A stretch of 64,000 bases of DNA, taken from positions 85,188,001 through 85,252,000 of the forward strand of contig OX597814.1 in assembly GCA_951406725.2 (NCBI GenBank). Direction: 5' to 3'. This document shows, one piece after another, positions 10,690-23,340 of the stretch. The position numbers and the translations under genes are program-made. Below the pieces are notes generated by a model, which made no database searches, was not told the origin of the DNA, and saw only the letters and a list, made by a program, of their open reading frames with translations. Position 1 is the stretch's first letter. Every line of letters begins with the position of its first letter. This DNA comes from Octopus vulgaris (taxonomy: Eukaryota).

Positions 10690-11320
10690 TGAAGCCATAA
10701 TCCGTGGCCCCTACCTGGGACGTAGTCAGTCCACCTGTGCATACCTTCCTTCTTGTGACACTTGTGAAGACCTGTTGAGGCAAGTGAGAATCGAATCGAA
10801 TCAAATCAAATCAAATCGAACCAAATCAAAATAGATGAACATCAATGGAATTTGTATCCTTGTGGTACCAGTGCCGGTGGCACATAAGAAAACCATCTGA
10901 ACGTGATCATAGCCAGTACCGCAACGACTGGCCTCCGTGCTGAGGGCACATAACAAACACCATCCGAGCGTGGCCGTCCGCCAGCCCCGTCTGGCACCTG
11001 TGTCGGTGACACATAAGAAAACACCATCCGAGCGTGGCCGTCAGCCAGCCTCGTCTGGCACCTGTGCCGGTGGCACATAAAAAACACCATCCGAGCGTGG
11101 CCGTCTGCCAGCCTCGTCTGGCACCTGTGTCGGTGGCACATAAAATCACCCACTACACTCTCGGAGTGGTTGGCGTTAGGAAGGGCATCCAGCTGTAGAA
11201 ACACTGCCAGATCTGACTGGCCTGGTGCAGCCTTCGGGCTTGCCAGACCCCAGTTGAACCGTCCAACCCATGCTAGCATGGAAAGCGGACGTTAAACGAT
11301 GATGATGATGATGATGATGT
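8548..11320 (+). mobile_element. RTE-clade non-LTR retrotransposon, 5'-truncated (no APE endonuclease), with 3' UTR and (GAT)n tail
   Basis: RT motifs KAPGPSG, NYRGIKLL, QFGFVPGKST, DMEKAFD, HQGSVLSP, YADD, FRYLG; RTE C-terminus RRLRWYGHVARM...GRGRPRKTW; tail ggacgttaaac(gat)n. Confidence 0.95.
10879..11150 (+). repeat. ~62-66-bp tandem minisatellite in the RTE 3' UTR (about 4.3 units)
   Basis: Repeating ggcacataa.aaacaccatccgagcgtggccgtc.gccagcc.cgtctggcacctgtg.cggt. Confidence 0.9.
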
Positions 11321-11364
11321 AACTGGAATGGGAGGTATTTTGTCTAAAATCATGATTTGTAAGG

Positions 11365-11708
11365 CATGACCTTATGATTAAGCAACTCACTTTGCAGTCA
11401 TGTGGATTCAGGTTCAGTCCCACTACACAGCAACATGGGCAAGTGTCTTCAACTATAGCCCTAGGCTAACCAATGCCTTATGAATAAAGTTAGTAAGTAG
11501 AAATTGTGTGGAAGCTTTGTGTGTATGTGTGTTCATCTCCCTACCCACTACATCCCTGTAACTTAATGGTTCAGTAAAAGAGACCAATAGAATAAGTATT
11601 AGACTTCAAAAAAATTAGTACCGGGGAATAATTTGTTCAACTAAACTGCTTAAAGCAGTACCCCAGCCTGGCCACAGTCCAATGATTGAAACAAATGAAA
11701 AATAAAAG
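11365..11708 (+). mobile_element. SINE family A, degenerate
   Basis: ggttcagtcccact...gggcaagtgtcttc...ccccagcctggccacagtccaatgattgaaac. Confidence 0.75.
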
Positions 11709-12504
11709 ACAGATATCCAAAATGAAATTGGAAGTTAGGAGGAACTGGAACCTCGTATTCAATTTGGCTTAATGGGAACTTATTCTACTCAATATTTAAA
11801 TGCAAAATTCTCACAAATAATTGTTACTGCTCAGCCCCAGGTCATCTCTGATGAAGCAAACCAATGATCAAAGAGTTTTCAGCCCTGACAATCTTGTCTG
11901 TTTTTGACACATTACACCTAGGACAACATTAACCAGTGGTGCTTCCTTTGTTTTGGTTTGGTTTTTATGAGACAATATAATATAAAATGAGGGAGATTCT
12001 ACTGCTATTTTCTAATAGGCCAAGCCAAACAACTGCACAACAGCTTCTCTCATAGGTTTGTGATTTGCGGGAAATGTAGCAGATATTTCCAGCAAATCTA
12101 GCACTAATAATTCTTTACAAAGAAATATATCAGTGATGCAATTGAAGTGAAAGGACTTGTTGCTTGAATTCAAATCAGAGTCACAGACATGAATCATCAT
12201 GAATTCACAATCTCTACTGTATGGCACTCATATATCTATGTCATGATCTGTGGAGTAAAATAGGCAGGTTAGTCTCAGTTGATTGTTAATATTACATGGG
12301 GAGTCATTTTTGTGCATTATTCATTGAATATGTAATGAAGTGTAAACAAACCAGTTTTGTATAACTCAAATCCTGACATTTTTTACCATGACAGTTTAAC
12401 TACAAACAACTTTTAAATTATTAAATCATTACTCATACAGAAAATTATATGCTGACTATGTCAAACCGAAATTAACAACTTTATAATTGTCAAGCCTAAT
12501 TTCT

Positions 12505-12632
12505 AGCCATGGGAACCATGCCAAATGAAACAGTAGAGCATGGCAAAATATTCTGACTTGCCAGCTTTTGTTAAAACATCCGAGCCATGCCAGCATGGAA
12601 GGAGGACTTAAATGATGATGATGATGATAATG
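12505..12632 (+). mobile_element. RTE 3'-tail fragment
   Basis: catccgagccatgccagcatggaaggaggacttaaa(tga)n matches the 3' end of the RTE at 11260-11320. Confidence 0.7.
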
Positions 12633-12842
12633 ATATACTAATGTTGTGTTATTTCTAAAATGGAAACTAGGTTTCATAAAGCACAAACAATATCACATGA
12701 CTCAAATAGGGAGAGTCTTCAAGTGAATAAATGATCATATACTAGAAATAGCAGCCAAATCTCTCTCAAATCTCAACCTACTATCTTAAACAAGGCAGGG
12801 AAGATTGAATAAAGTGCCTCTTCGATGATGTAGTACTACATA

Positions 12843-13704
12843 CAGGGTGAGATAGGTAAATTGTTGCGATTTTATATTTTTAATTTCATACATGCACATT
12901 GTATTTGATTTTGTTAGCTACACAGTGTAGTAGGGTCAGTTGGACATCATCTGTACGCAAAACAGCACCATTACACAATTCACTTTGCCAGAAATTTGGA
13001 AACAACATGGTGTACTGCTCGGCATTTGCACCGAAGCTCCTATACGAACATTTCAGAGTGTTTGGGTGTCAATCTGAGGACAGTGCAAACTGAGGTCATG
13101 TACTGAGAGTGATAAAAATCAAACATCTACCCAACATTATGGTGTTTGGAGTGATCACTACTGATGGCAATGTTATGCCTCCATTCATCTTTCCACATGG
13201 TCTCAGACTCAACACAGAGGCCTACATCAAGTGCCTGGAGGAAGTAGTGCTGCTCTGGGTCAAGAGGGTGTCTGCTGGAAGGCACTATACATGACAACAA
13301 GCAGGAGAACCCGATCATGGCTGTCAGACAATTTCTGTGGCCACATTACCCCTAACATCTGGCCCAACTAACTTCCCAGACTACAACCCCCTTGATTATT
13401 ACGTGTGGGGCACAGTTGAGTAAGAGACCAACAAAACTCCTTGTAACACCAAAGATGAACTGAAGGTAAGGATTATGGCAGCATTCACCAACTTAAACAA
13501 TGAGACCGTCCAGAAGAGTTGCAGGAGATTCTGAAGTCGTCTGGAGGCCATGGTTGAAGCTAAAGGTGATATTATTGAATATATTTACTCTTTAGTATTT
13601 CAAGATATTTTTATGTAATTTTGTAAATATATCTGTTAAAATGAGAGGTCAGAGTTATTTTCATTTTTGTGTAATTTAGATGACAGTTTATTCACTGCAC
13701 CCTG
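12843..13704 (+). mobile_element. Tc1/mariner-superfamily DNA transposon, maT (DD37D)-like, internally deleted
   Basis: TA|CAGGGTG ... CACCCTG ends; transposase remnants MVFGVITTDGNVMPPFIFPHGLRLNTEAYIKCL and PDYNPLDYYVWG, with stops and deletions. Confidence 0.8.
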
Positions 13705-14194
13705 TGTATTATATCTGAAAATCTGACTGGATAGTCAAGGCTGGAATATCTTTGATCATAAGTCAGGTCGATCAAAGCAAAACTGGGCCTAAATAACAAT
13801 AACAACACAGTAACCATTATGCTGCATTAAAATATCTCAAGAATCAATAATATGGAACTATATATACAGTGTACACCATGTATCTGTAAGAAAATGTTTA
13901 TATCTGAAAGAATGAAGTCAAGCATTGGAGGCAAGACATACAGATAGACAGACAGACAGAGAGGTAATCATTTTAACACCCTGAAATGAAGTTGTTGTGT
14001 GATAATGAATCAATAAATCTCTAAGAGGAGATGAAAATATCAAGATAGCAGCAAATATAATGAGGCTACAGTAATTAACCTAAAGATCAAGTAGTGAACA
14101 TCTCTTGCTGCAAGTGTTGTAATGAATATCACAAATATTGGACTCTTGAGAAATGACATGGTTTACAGGATTGATCTTTAAGGAATCAGAAGAG

Positions 14195-14260
<66 letters not shown>

Positions 14261-15053
14261 TGTCATGCTATAAACATAGCATGAAATTTCTACATGACTG
14301 CCTCTTATAATGTTTTACATTACAATTGTTATAAATTTAATCCAGGTTATTTTTATATTTTTGCTTGTGTTTTGAGGGTTTTTTTTTTAACAAATCCTGT
14401 TCACATAACTTACAAGATTTTTTACCAATTCTTTCAATTCAATTTGCAATAAACACTTTTTTTAATACCCTCTATTTTTCTTTTAAATTTATTCATTCAT
14501 TTATTTCATGTTTGCAAATTCCATTTATATAACGTATGACTTCCTTAACACTGGATTTCATATTGAAAATTTTCCACTTAAAAACTTCTTCAGAGCTGTC
14601 ACTTCAATCTCTCTCACTACACTCACAGATTATAAACAGTTCTCCAAGTTTCCCTAGTGACTGTTCAAAGCAATGCTATTTTCTCTGGCTCAAATAATTG
14701 TGTATGCTTTCTCTCCCTCTCTCTCTCTCTCATCAAACCAAACTTCTAGAAGGCATAAATCATCGTTGACTGTACATTCCCAAACTAACTACATTCAACT
14801 GAAATAAATACCAGAACTTTCTGTTATTTTTTTTTAATAGTTGATTAGCTTTTCTTTCTATTTTTTAACTCTTCTGTTTTCCCAAACCATTCAGAACATC
14901 CATAAAACTCATCAGAAGGGGGAAAAAATGGAAATGCCATTTGAAAAACACAGTGGAAAAAGAATGCAAATAAGAACATATGCACCAAGAAAAAAAAAAA
15001 TTTTTTTTCTTTTAAATAATTAAATCCAATAAAAAATGCTGAACAGTATTTAC

Positions 15054-15107
15054 CATTGTAACTATCACAGACTAGGCAGAAGGAACCAATAGGTTTCTTT
15101 TTATACC
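15054..15107 (-). CDS. Candidate 54-nt internal exon (YKKKPIGSFCLVCDSYN), phase 1-1
   Basis: Strong acceptor ttcctctttctttatctttgcag|, donor ATG|gtaaat, length divisible by 3, one open frame. Confidence 0.45.
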
Positions 15108-15220
15108 CTGCAAAGATAAAGAAAGAGGAAAAATATTATATATACATATATTTATATATATAATATACACACACACACACACAACAAAATACATACATTA
15201 CATTTTATATATATATACAC

Positions 15221-15259
<39 letters not shown>

Positions 15260-15661
15260 TACATATGCAAACACATATTATATAAACATATACGTATACA
15301 CACATGTGCACATACAAACTAAGTTGAACAAACATAATTTTTAAACTGCTGTTAATAAATATTAAAACGAATCTAACAAATCCAATATGAAAATGAAAAA
15401 TAATCAATCACAGGTTAAAATAGGAATCTATAAAAGAGGCATGAAATAAAAAATAAATAAATAAATAAATAAAATACCCACAAAATATACGAAAATGAAG
15501 GAAATTAAGTGTTTTCTTAAAGAACACTAAAATAACAACCGAACAGGTAAAGATAACGGCATCACCACAAAGTATAGTAAATAATATGCAATATATACAT
15601 GGACAAAAAAATAAAAAACTTTTTATTGATTACAAATATGTATAAGCCTGAAGGAACACTG

Positions 15662-15738
15662 TTAAAGATGACTCATGTTGAGCAAACATTCCTTCCTAAT
15701 GGCTAAACTATTGATGTAACTCCCCATGTCTGTTCCAT
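15662..15738 (-). CDS. Candidate alternative terminal exon (GTDMGSYINSLAIRKECLLNMSHL*), phase 1
   Basis: Acceptor tttgttgcttacag|AT GGA; open to TAA. Confidence 0.25.
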
Positions 15739-16094
15739 CTGTAAGCAACAAACCACCACCACAACCACTACTGTTGCTATTACTAGTGCTACTACCAACC
15801 CTATTACCTCTACCTACCACCACCAACATTTCAATCATTACAACTAACTCATAAAACTCTTCCACTGAAGTAATAGCTCAGCTTGGCTTGGCCTGGGTAA
15901 GGATTAACATTGTTAGTCGTAGTTTAATTGCTGTATGTTAATACCTGAGGAGGAGACATAAGGAGTTTCAAACATGGTCTTTCATTCTTTCAGGGTCAAT
16001 AACAAAGTATCAGTCAAGTACTGAGTTTGATATACTCAACTAAACCCCTTCTCACTGACACTCTTGGCCTTTACCGTGCCAATTAAAACACGAA

Positions 16095-16262
16095 GTAGCA
16101 TTTCTTCTGGTTCTTTACATTCTAAGTTCAAACGCCACTGATGTTGGCCTTGCCTCATCCTTTTGTGGGTCAGAAAAATAAGTATCAGTTGAACACTGGA
16201 ATTGCCATAATTGATTTAACCTTTCTCTGAAATTTCTGGTATTGTGCCAAAATTTGAAACCA
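16095..16262 (+). mobile_element. SINE family B, partial
   Basis: ctttacattctaagttcaaa...gcctcatccttttgtgggtcag...gtgccaaaatttgaaac. Confidence 0.65.
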
Positions 16263-16284
16263 TGATTAACATATTAATATTAAG

Positions 16285-16640
16285 CGTGAGAGCAATGCAT
16301 GCCATCAAAGTGACACTAGGGTACAATATACAAAGCAGAGTATACCCATCATGACAGCCTGTCTGATAAGGGTACACTAGGCACATGCATCACAACTACA
16401 TGATCACGATAAATAGCATATGACCTTGCAAACGGAGGCCAGTTAGAATTTTCTTCTGGTTGAGTAGCTCATCCTGCTCAAAAGGTCCCTGAATAATGTT
16501 TGTTTAAGGATGATGAACAAAACACCCATGTTTCCAGAGGTGAATTATTCAAACCCCAAAGAATCCCTTTCAACACATGGCTATGATGCTCCCCCACTAC
16601 TTTTGCTTGTGATCAGAGATGCATATATCATCAGCCACTA
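16285..16640. repeat. Unclassified interspersed repeat (probable retroposon fragment)
   Basis: GC-richer block with sharp boundaries between an AT-rich tail and a purine-rich run; no second copy in this window. Confidence 0.35.
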
Positions 16641-16711
16641 GAGGAGGAGGTCGAAAAGGAGGAGGAGGTCGAAGAGGAGGGGGGAGGTCGACGGGGATGA
16701 GGGGGAGGGGG

Positions 16712-16910
16712 GCAACAATCTGGCAAAATCATTATCAGACTGAACAAAGAGCTTAGCACAATTCATTCATCTTTATATTCCGAGTTCAAATTCTGCCATG
16801 GCTGACTAAGCTTTTTATCTTTTCCGGTTTGATAAAATAAGTACCAGTTGAGCACAGGGTTGATGTAATTGACTATCTTCCACCCACAAAATTTCAGGCT
16901 TTGTGCCTAT
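16712..16910 (+). mobile_element. SINE family B
   Basis: ctggcaaaatcatta...cgagttcaaattctgcc...tttgataaaataagtaccagttgagcac. Confidence 0.7.
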
Positions 16911-17131
16911 TACGCCAGTCACATTATCAAAGTTGAGGTTGATTCACTTGCACAGCATTGTTGGCAATATCACCCCTTTAACTTCTCCCTCTATGCCCAT
17001 GCTTTAGATGTTGCTTTAAGTAAAATATTATTTTATCATGGCAAAGTGAAGTAATTCAAAATGTGAAGAAGAGTTACCAACTATTTCAAACAACTGTTCA
17101 TAAATGTAGAGTTGAGAGAAAAGGAAATTGT

Positions 17132-17328
17132 TTAACCTTTTTTGATACTAATCCACCTAAGGCCAGCCCTGATTCTATGATACAAATTTTCTGTTCTAAA
17201 ATTATCTAAATGAAAATCTCATAGAAATTTCAATAGCAAAGTTATTTTATTAAATACTTTATAATTTTAAAAATTAACTGAAACAAATACAGTATATTTT
17301 AACAGTAATATGGCAACAGAATGATTAA
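17132..17328. mobile_element. TTAA-bounded MITE (piggyBac-like), type 1
   Basis: ttaaccttttttgatac ... atatggcaacagaatgattaa; homologous copy at 26630-26846. Confidence 0.6.
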
Positions 17329-17477
17329 TATACAAAGAATGTCTGCTATTCTGTATAAGGGTCAGAAAGGAAAGAGACAAATGTGACAAATATGATTAAA
17401 ATGAGAGATGGCATACAACAAAAGACAAAAGACCATTGTATCAATGGTACAAGAGGGAGAGGGAGGGCACAGTTTAG

Positions 17478-17570
17478 CAGTGTGTGAGAGGCCAAATCTG
17501 GCTAATTTAAACAAAAAACTGACAGAAAATTTTGGACCAGATATGACCAATTTAAATGCTAAAGGATTAA
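17478..17570. mobile_element. Right end of a TTAA-bounded MITE, type 2
   Basis: tttaaatgctaaaggattaa is near-complementary to the ttaaccctttagcatt start of 23123-23340; internal similarity gtgtgaga...tctgg...tttgg.c.gatat. Confidence 0.55.
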
Positions 17571-18124
17571 GGAGTGTTTGTGTAGTTGTAACGGTCAATA
17601 AAGTAGATGCATTTCCCTGTCTACCTAATTTTCTTGTTAATACATACTCAATTCCAGATCAACTCCTCACTGAATCTCATCAACATTTGAGGTTCTGCAT
17701 GGCCATGCAGCTTGCTAGAAGTAGCAAAATGCATTTCCCAAAACTCAGCTGGTTTGAAAATGCAAGACAACAGTTGATATAATCCAAGTTCAAAATACAC
17801 AAAATTTGAGATCAGATGGTCATGTCTGGAAAACCATTCAATATAAGTTGCTGAGATCAGAGCTGATGTGGGGGTTGCACACCAAGCCTCTCTTTTTAAG
17901 CACAAGGTCAACTATTCTCAAATGAATACAAAAACAGAGAAGGAAATTTCATCTAAGAAACTGATGCCAACAGAAAATAAAGCAACATCTAAAGCATGGG
18001 CATATATATAGTGTGTGTGTTCAGCTTTAAAGCTGTGGTCATGCTGAGACATCATATGTATATGTGTGTGTGTATGTGTGTTTGTGTGTGTATGAGTGAG
18101 TGTGTGTGTGTATATATTATATGA

Positions 18125-18169
<45 letters not shown>

Positions 18170-18708
18170 AAGAAAAGAGATGAATATTATATGGAAATTA
18201 TGAAGAAAACGAGTGTGTTACATAATAAAGCACAAAAAGAAAATGACTCTCCCCAGACACAACTTATCTTTATATATGTCCATATATATACATACTAGGG
18301 ATAAAAACACATGCATTCCAGAGAGTGCATCATGATTAGATTTAGTGAGTTATTTTTCACTAAATGTACACAACAAATATTCATAAAATTATGGATCATT
18401 TGGGGCTGCAACCCAAGTCTAAAGTTTAATGAATTGATGAGAAAAGGTAACCTTTCATACACAATCTAAAGAAAGCTCAGATTACAAATAAGAGCAACAT
18501 CAGCCTTGAATGAATAAATGATTTATATGAATTGAAAACTCTTTCTCAAATTTTTAAAAAACGAAAGTGTGTGCGTGTGTGTGTTTGTATGCACGTGCAT
18601 GCACAGACATCTCAAAAGTGAATAGACACCATATTTGAAAGATTTCTAGAAAACAAAATAATGTTACTTGATGCACAGAATCCCTATTTTAATATGTAGT
18701 AGACATAC

Positions 18709-18732
18709 CTTGTGCAGTTTTTAATTAGTAAC
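18709..18732 (-). CDS. Candidate 24-nt micro-exon (LLIKNCT), phase 2-2
   Basis: Acceptor tttgcaaacag|, strong donor AAG|gtatgt; phase compatible with the terminal exon at 2846. Confidence 0.3.
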
Positions 18733-19537
18733 CTGTTTGCAAATCATACTAATGAGTAGCCTCTGCACAGATAAACCTGTACGAGCGATGTCTATTTACT
18801 TTTGAAGTGTGTATGTGTGTGTGTAAGTGTGCATGTGATGTGTGTATGCTTGTTTCCTTTTGTCAAAACAGTTTTGAGAGAGACATAATATTTCAACAGA
18901 TAAAGTTGAATAGAAAGAGATTTTATAAACTAACACATTTCAAAATTGGCCATTATTTGCAGAAAAATACCTAAAGGAAATAAAATCTCTACTTATGTTT
19001 CTTTTCAAAATATAGTATACCTTCTTAACATCTTTTAATGGACACATTAGATGATGGCCTATCACATATGTTTACATGTCTAATGTATTTTTCTGCATCT
19101 ATGTATATGCACACAAAGATGTGTACATACATTTGTGTACATGCGTGTGTATACACATTTGAGTATGTGAGTGCATTTCATGTATGAATGTGTTTGTATG
19201 CACTTTTGTGCATGTATGAGTGCATATATACCTTTGTGTACATGTGAATAATTTTGGATATGTGAATGTTTGGATAAATGTGTGTATGCTTTATGAATGT
19301 ACACTTGAATGCACATGAATACTTTTTGCTGTGCACATAAATACTTTCTAATGTACATGCATGCTTATGTACCTACCCATAACAGTATGTTTATGCTTTG
19401 GTGTATATAACTGTATATATTTTTTTTGCTTATATATTGTGTACATATGTTCAATGTACACACCTTTTGGTAAAAGAATCTTACACAAGCATGTATGTTT
19501 GTTTAAATCTATGTGTTTGTGTGTTTTTGAGTGAAAG

Positions 19538-19866
19538 TGCATGGCTCAGTAGTTACGTAGAGCATCGGGCTCACAATGAGGTAGTGAGTTTGATTCCCGG
19601 ACCAGTCTATGTGTTGTGCTCTTGAGCAAGACACTTTATTTCATGTTGTTTCAGTTCACTCAGCTGTAGAGATGAGTTGCGACATCACTGGTGCCAAGCT
19701 GTAGCAACATTTGTCTTTCTTTTGGATAACACAGGTGGTGTAGAGAGAGGCAGTTGGTATGTATGGGCGACTGCTGGTCTTTTATAAATAACCTGGCCTG
19801 GACTTGTGCCTCAGAGGGGAACTTTCTAGGTGCAATCTTATGGTCATTCATGACTGAAGGGGGCCC
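19538..19866 (+). mobile_element. tRNA-derived SINE, family C
   Basis: gcatggctcagtagtt A-box, gagtttgattccc B-box, cttgagcaagacacttt and cactcagctgt; homologous to 29911-30227. Confidence 0.85.
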
Positions 19867-20292
19867 TGTTTTGTGTGTGTTTGCGTACATAGTTGTTGAG
19901 TGTGTATATGTATATAACCTCATGTTTGTATGCTTACACAGGTAGGGTAGTTTGTATATGCATGATTTTGTATGCATATATAGTTGTATGTATAGCCTTA
20001 ATATATGATGACACATGCATGCTTGTTTGTGTGCATATGTATGGTTGCATCTGCATAAGTGTGGTTGCATGCTAGCCCACCTTCAAACTGTTCAAACACT
20101 GTTACTGCACCACTGGACCACTTCTTTGTGTAAGCTAAGAACAACCCCTGCACCTAATCTTATGCTATACACCTGAATATCCTACTTTCAGTCCATCACC
20201 TTCCCATGCAGTGTTATTCTTCCTAGAATACATATTCAACACTTCATTCCAAACACTTCCTCACTTACACAAATACCATAGTCTCTCCCCCA

Positions 20293-20333
<41 letters not shown>

Positions 20334-20439
20334 CAGTTTTCTGCACAATTTCTATCTATCAAATTTACTCACAACATATTGGTTGGCCACAGACAACAGA
20401 GACACTTGCCTAAGGTACCAGACAGTGAGATGAAACACC

Positions 20440-21170
20440 ATTATCATGATCATCCTTTAATGTCAATTTTCCATGTTGGCATGGGTTGGATAGTTTGACC
20501 ATAGCTGGCATGCAAGAGAGCTGCACCAGGTTCCAATCTTATTTGGCTTGGTTTCTAAACTGGATGCCCTTCCTAATGCCAACCACTTTGCAGAATGTGC
20601 TGGGTGCTTTTTACATGACACTGGCATGGGTACTTGTACATGGTGCTGCCATGGTGTGTATTACATGGCACCGGCATGGTTGCTTTTTACGTGGCATCAT
20701 GAAACCATGTTGCTGCAAAGGAAACTCCTAAACAAGCAACCTCCACCCACAAACATTTTAGCACCACAGATGAGTTTCATGCAAAACAATTTTCCCATGA
20801 ACCAGATCACACACATAACAAAACACAAAATGCATAATATATAATTTAATTATTATCTTGTATAATCATTATCATCATCATTTAGCGTCCTTTTTCCATG
20901 CTAGCATTGGTAAGCCAGTTTGATTGGAACTGGTGAGCCAAAGAACTGCACCAGGCTCCAGTCTGACTTGATTTCTATGGCTGGATGCCGCTCTTAATGC
21001 CAACAACTCAATAGGGTGTACTAGGTGTCTTTTACTTGTAAGGTGTCTATTACGTGTCACTGGCACAAATGTCTTTTACATATCACCAGCACGGGTGATT
21101 TTTACGTGTCACCCCATGGGTACCCTTTATGTGTCACCAGAATGGGTGCCTTTCATGTGTTAATGACACT
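20440..21170 (-). mobile_element. Two RTE 3'-tail/3'-UTR fragments (20440-20700, 20866-21170)
   Basis: (atc)n-tttagcgtcc...tccatgctagcat...ctgcaccaggctcc...ctggatgcc..tc.taatgccaac is the reverse complement of the RTE 3' end. Confidence 0.75.
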
Positions 21171-21427
21171 GACCACAATTACGATTTCACTTAGCTTGTA
21201 CAAAACCATCTTAACTTTTTGAAAAGGAAGAAAACAGATAAATAAAGATATATAACAATCTTTAATGTAGGGATTCTCTGAAACATGAAAAGTATTTCAA
21301 GGGGTATCATCATTTTAATGTCCACTTTTTCCAGGTTGGCTTAGAGTAGATGCAATTCAATGAGGCAGATTTCTGGCAGGTAGATATCCTTCTTGTTGCC
21401 AACCTTCATCAGTTTCAAAGTAAGATA

Positions 21428-21590
21428 AGGCAGTGAGGTGGCAGAAATGTTAGCATGCTGGGCAAAACGCTTAGCACTATTTTGTCTGTCTTTATGTTCT
21501 GAGTTCAAATTCTGCCGAGGTCGACTTTGGAGTCAATAAATTAAATACCAGTTGCTTGACTAGCCCCCTCCCCAAAAATTTCAGAAATTT
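21428..21590 (+). mobile_element. SINE family B, internally deleted
   Basis: aggcagtgaggtggcagaaatgttagcatgctgggcaaaacgcttagc...gagttcaaattctgccgaggtcgacttt. Confidence 0.75.
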
Positions 21591-21974
21591 TTTTTTTTTT
21601 CTACTCTAGGCAGAAAGCCTAAGTAAGATAATACTTTCCCTTACTCAGACATGTTTACATAGAAGACTGGAAATGAATGACCTCCACATGTATGATGGTA
21701 ACACTCCCTTATATATCATATGATGTGAAGACAAGGAGACACACACAAACACGTGTGTGCATGTGTGCGTGCACGTAACTATTAATCCTGACACACTTTT
21801 GTCTCTCCATTTTTTCTCTCTTTCCATCCCCCCCCTCATGCTTTTCTATTGAAGTGTGTAGGTTCAAAACATCAAGGACTTTTCTATTTTTCCCAAGCTT
21901 CAAACCAATACACCTGCTTCTTGTTCCCTCACCTGTCTCTGTTTTTTGTTTTCTGAACACACACACACACATGA

Positions 21975-22125
21975 TGAGCTGCTTTCAATTTCTGTCTACC
22001 AAATCTACTTACAAAATATTAATCACTAAAATAGAAGATGCTTGACCAAGGTATCACACGGTGGGACTGAACCTGAAATTATGTGGTTGGGAAATGAACT
22101 ACGTAACCACATATCCATGCCTGCA
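21975..22125 (-). mobile_element. SINE family A, 5' half
   Basis: gtgggactgaacctgaaattatgtggttgggaa. Confidence 0.65.
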
Positions 22126-22898
22126 CCTCTCCAAGAATAAAAAGTTTGCAAAACACTGCTCCAGATTTTGAGTTCAAATTCAACTGAGACTGAATTTTCT
22201 TTTCATCCAAGTATGGTTAATGAAAAATTAACCAGTAAGTATGCTTTGTCAATTTGATCAACTGCATGTGTTGTAAAAGAGATAAGTAGTGTAATTAAGC
22301 TTGGCTAAACTGAACTTTTCAAGTCCTAGTCAGAGCTATTTCATCACTAGTACATTTATGGCAAAAGAAAGAGTGTTAAAATTCACATATCACATTGCCT
22401 TTCTATGCAAACCATGCTAATTACTCACTTATGTATACTTCTGATTATGAAAAGTCAAGCAACTAACTTTATCATATTTCCAACTGGTATGTAAAATGAT
22501 AATTGGTTGGTTGGCTGTTGTTGTTTAGCCCCAGGTCTGTCCGATTGAGTAGGCCTCTGATCAAAGGCGTTCCAGCATCAGCTATCTTGTCATTTTTCAG
22601 ATATAAAGTAAATCACATTTTTTAATCACTTTTTTTTTTTTGTTATAAATGAGAAAATGTGATTACAAGATTTAGCTGCTATCTCTAGTAAACTAAACTA
22701 CTACATAAGGGCTTCCTCATTAGAATGTTGACTATACAAGATAAAACACCCTTTCCAGACTGCAATTTTGTATGACATACAATAAAATTTAGATGGATGC
22801 TGGGTATAAATCAGTGCCCCACTTCCACTTCTCACTGAAGGTCAGGTCCATTATCTGCATGTATTTAACCAGCAAAGGTTTTAATGTTAGATTTAATA

Positions 22899-23112
22899 AG
22901 GTAGCAAGCTAGCAGAGTCATTAGCACACTGGGCAAAGTGCTTAGTGACATTTTGTCCATCTTTACATTCTGTTGTTCAAATCTCACCAAGGTCGACTTT
23001 GCCTTTCATCCTTTTGGGATTGATAAACTAAGTACCAATTGAACACTGGGGTTGATGTAATCAACTAATCTTCACCCTTGGAATTGTTGGCCTCGTGCCA
23101 AAATTTGAAATC
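22899..23112 (+). mobile_element. SINE family B
   Basis: aggtcgactttgcctttcatccttttgggattgataaactaagtacc. Confidence 0.8.
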
Positions 23113-23122
23113 AATATTAGAT

Positions 23123-23340
23123 TTAACCCTTTAGCATTCAGATTATTCTGTCATATGTACAGCTTATTTATTCACATTGTTTTAAATTAATCATACATTA
23201 TCTCAAAGCTTTGAGAGATCAACGATATGGTTATTTTTAGAGTGACATTGCAGAGCAGGTGTGAGAAATCAGATCTGGTCAGTTTCAACACAAAACAGGT
23301 AGAATATTTTGGCTGGATATAGCTGGTTTAAATAGTAAAA
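23123..23340. mobile_element. TTAA-bounded MITE (piggyBac-like), type 2
   Basis: Starts ttaaccctttagcattc; right end degenerate. Confidence 0.55.

Noticed and set aside
10879-11150. CRISPR-like regular repeats
   Set aside because: No unique spacers, eukaryotic context, no cas genes; it is a minisatellite in a LINE UTR
15943-15980. Possible hammerhead (CTGAGGA-gagac/gtttc-AAA-catg)
   Set aside because: G of GAAA missing, no convincing stem I or cleavage triplet, no second copy
17648-17911. 87-aa ORF ending at a gtatgt donor-like site
   Set aside because: Only open frame ends in TGA at the donor, weak acceptor, unrecognisable peptide; could be an exon but unsupported
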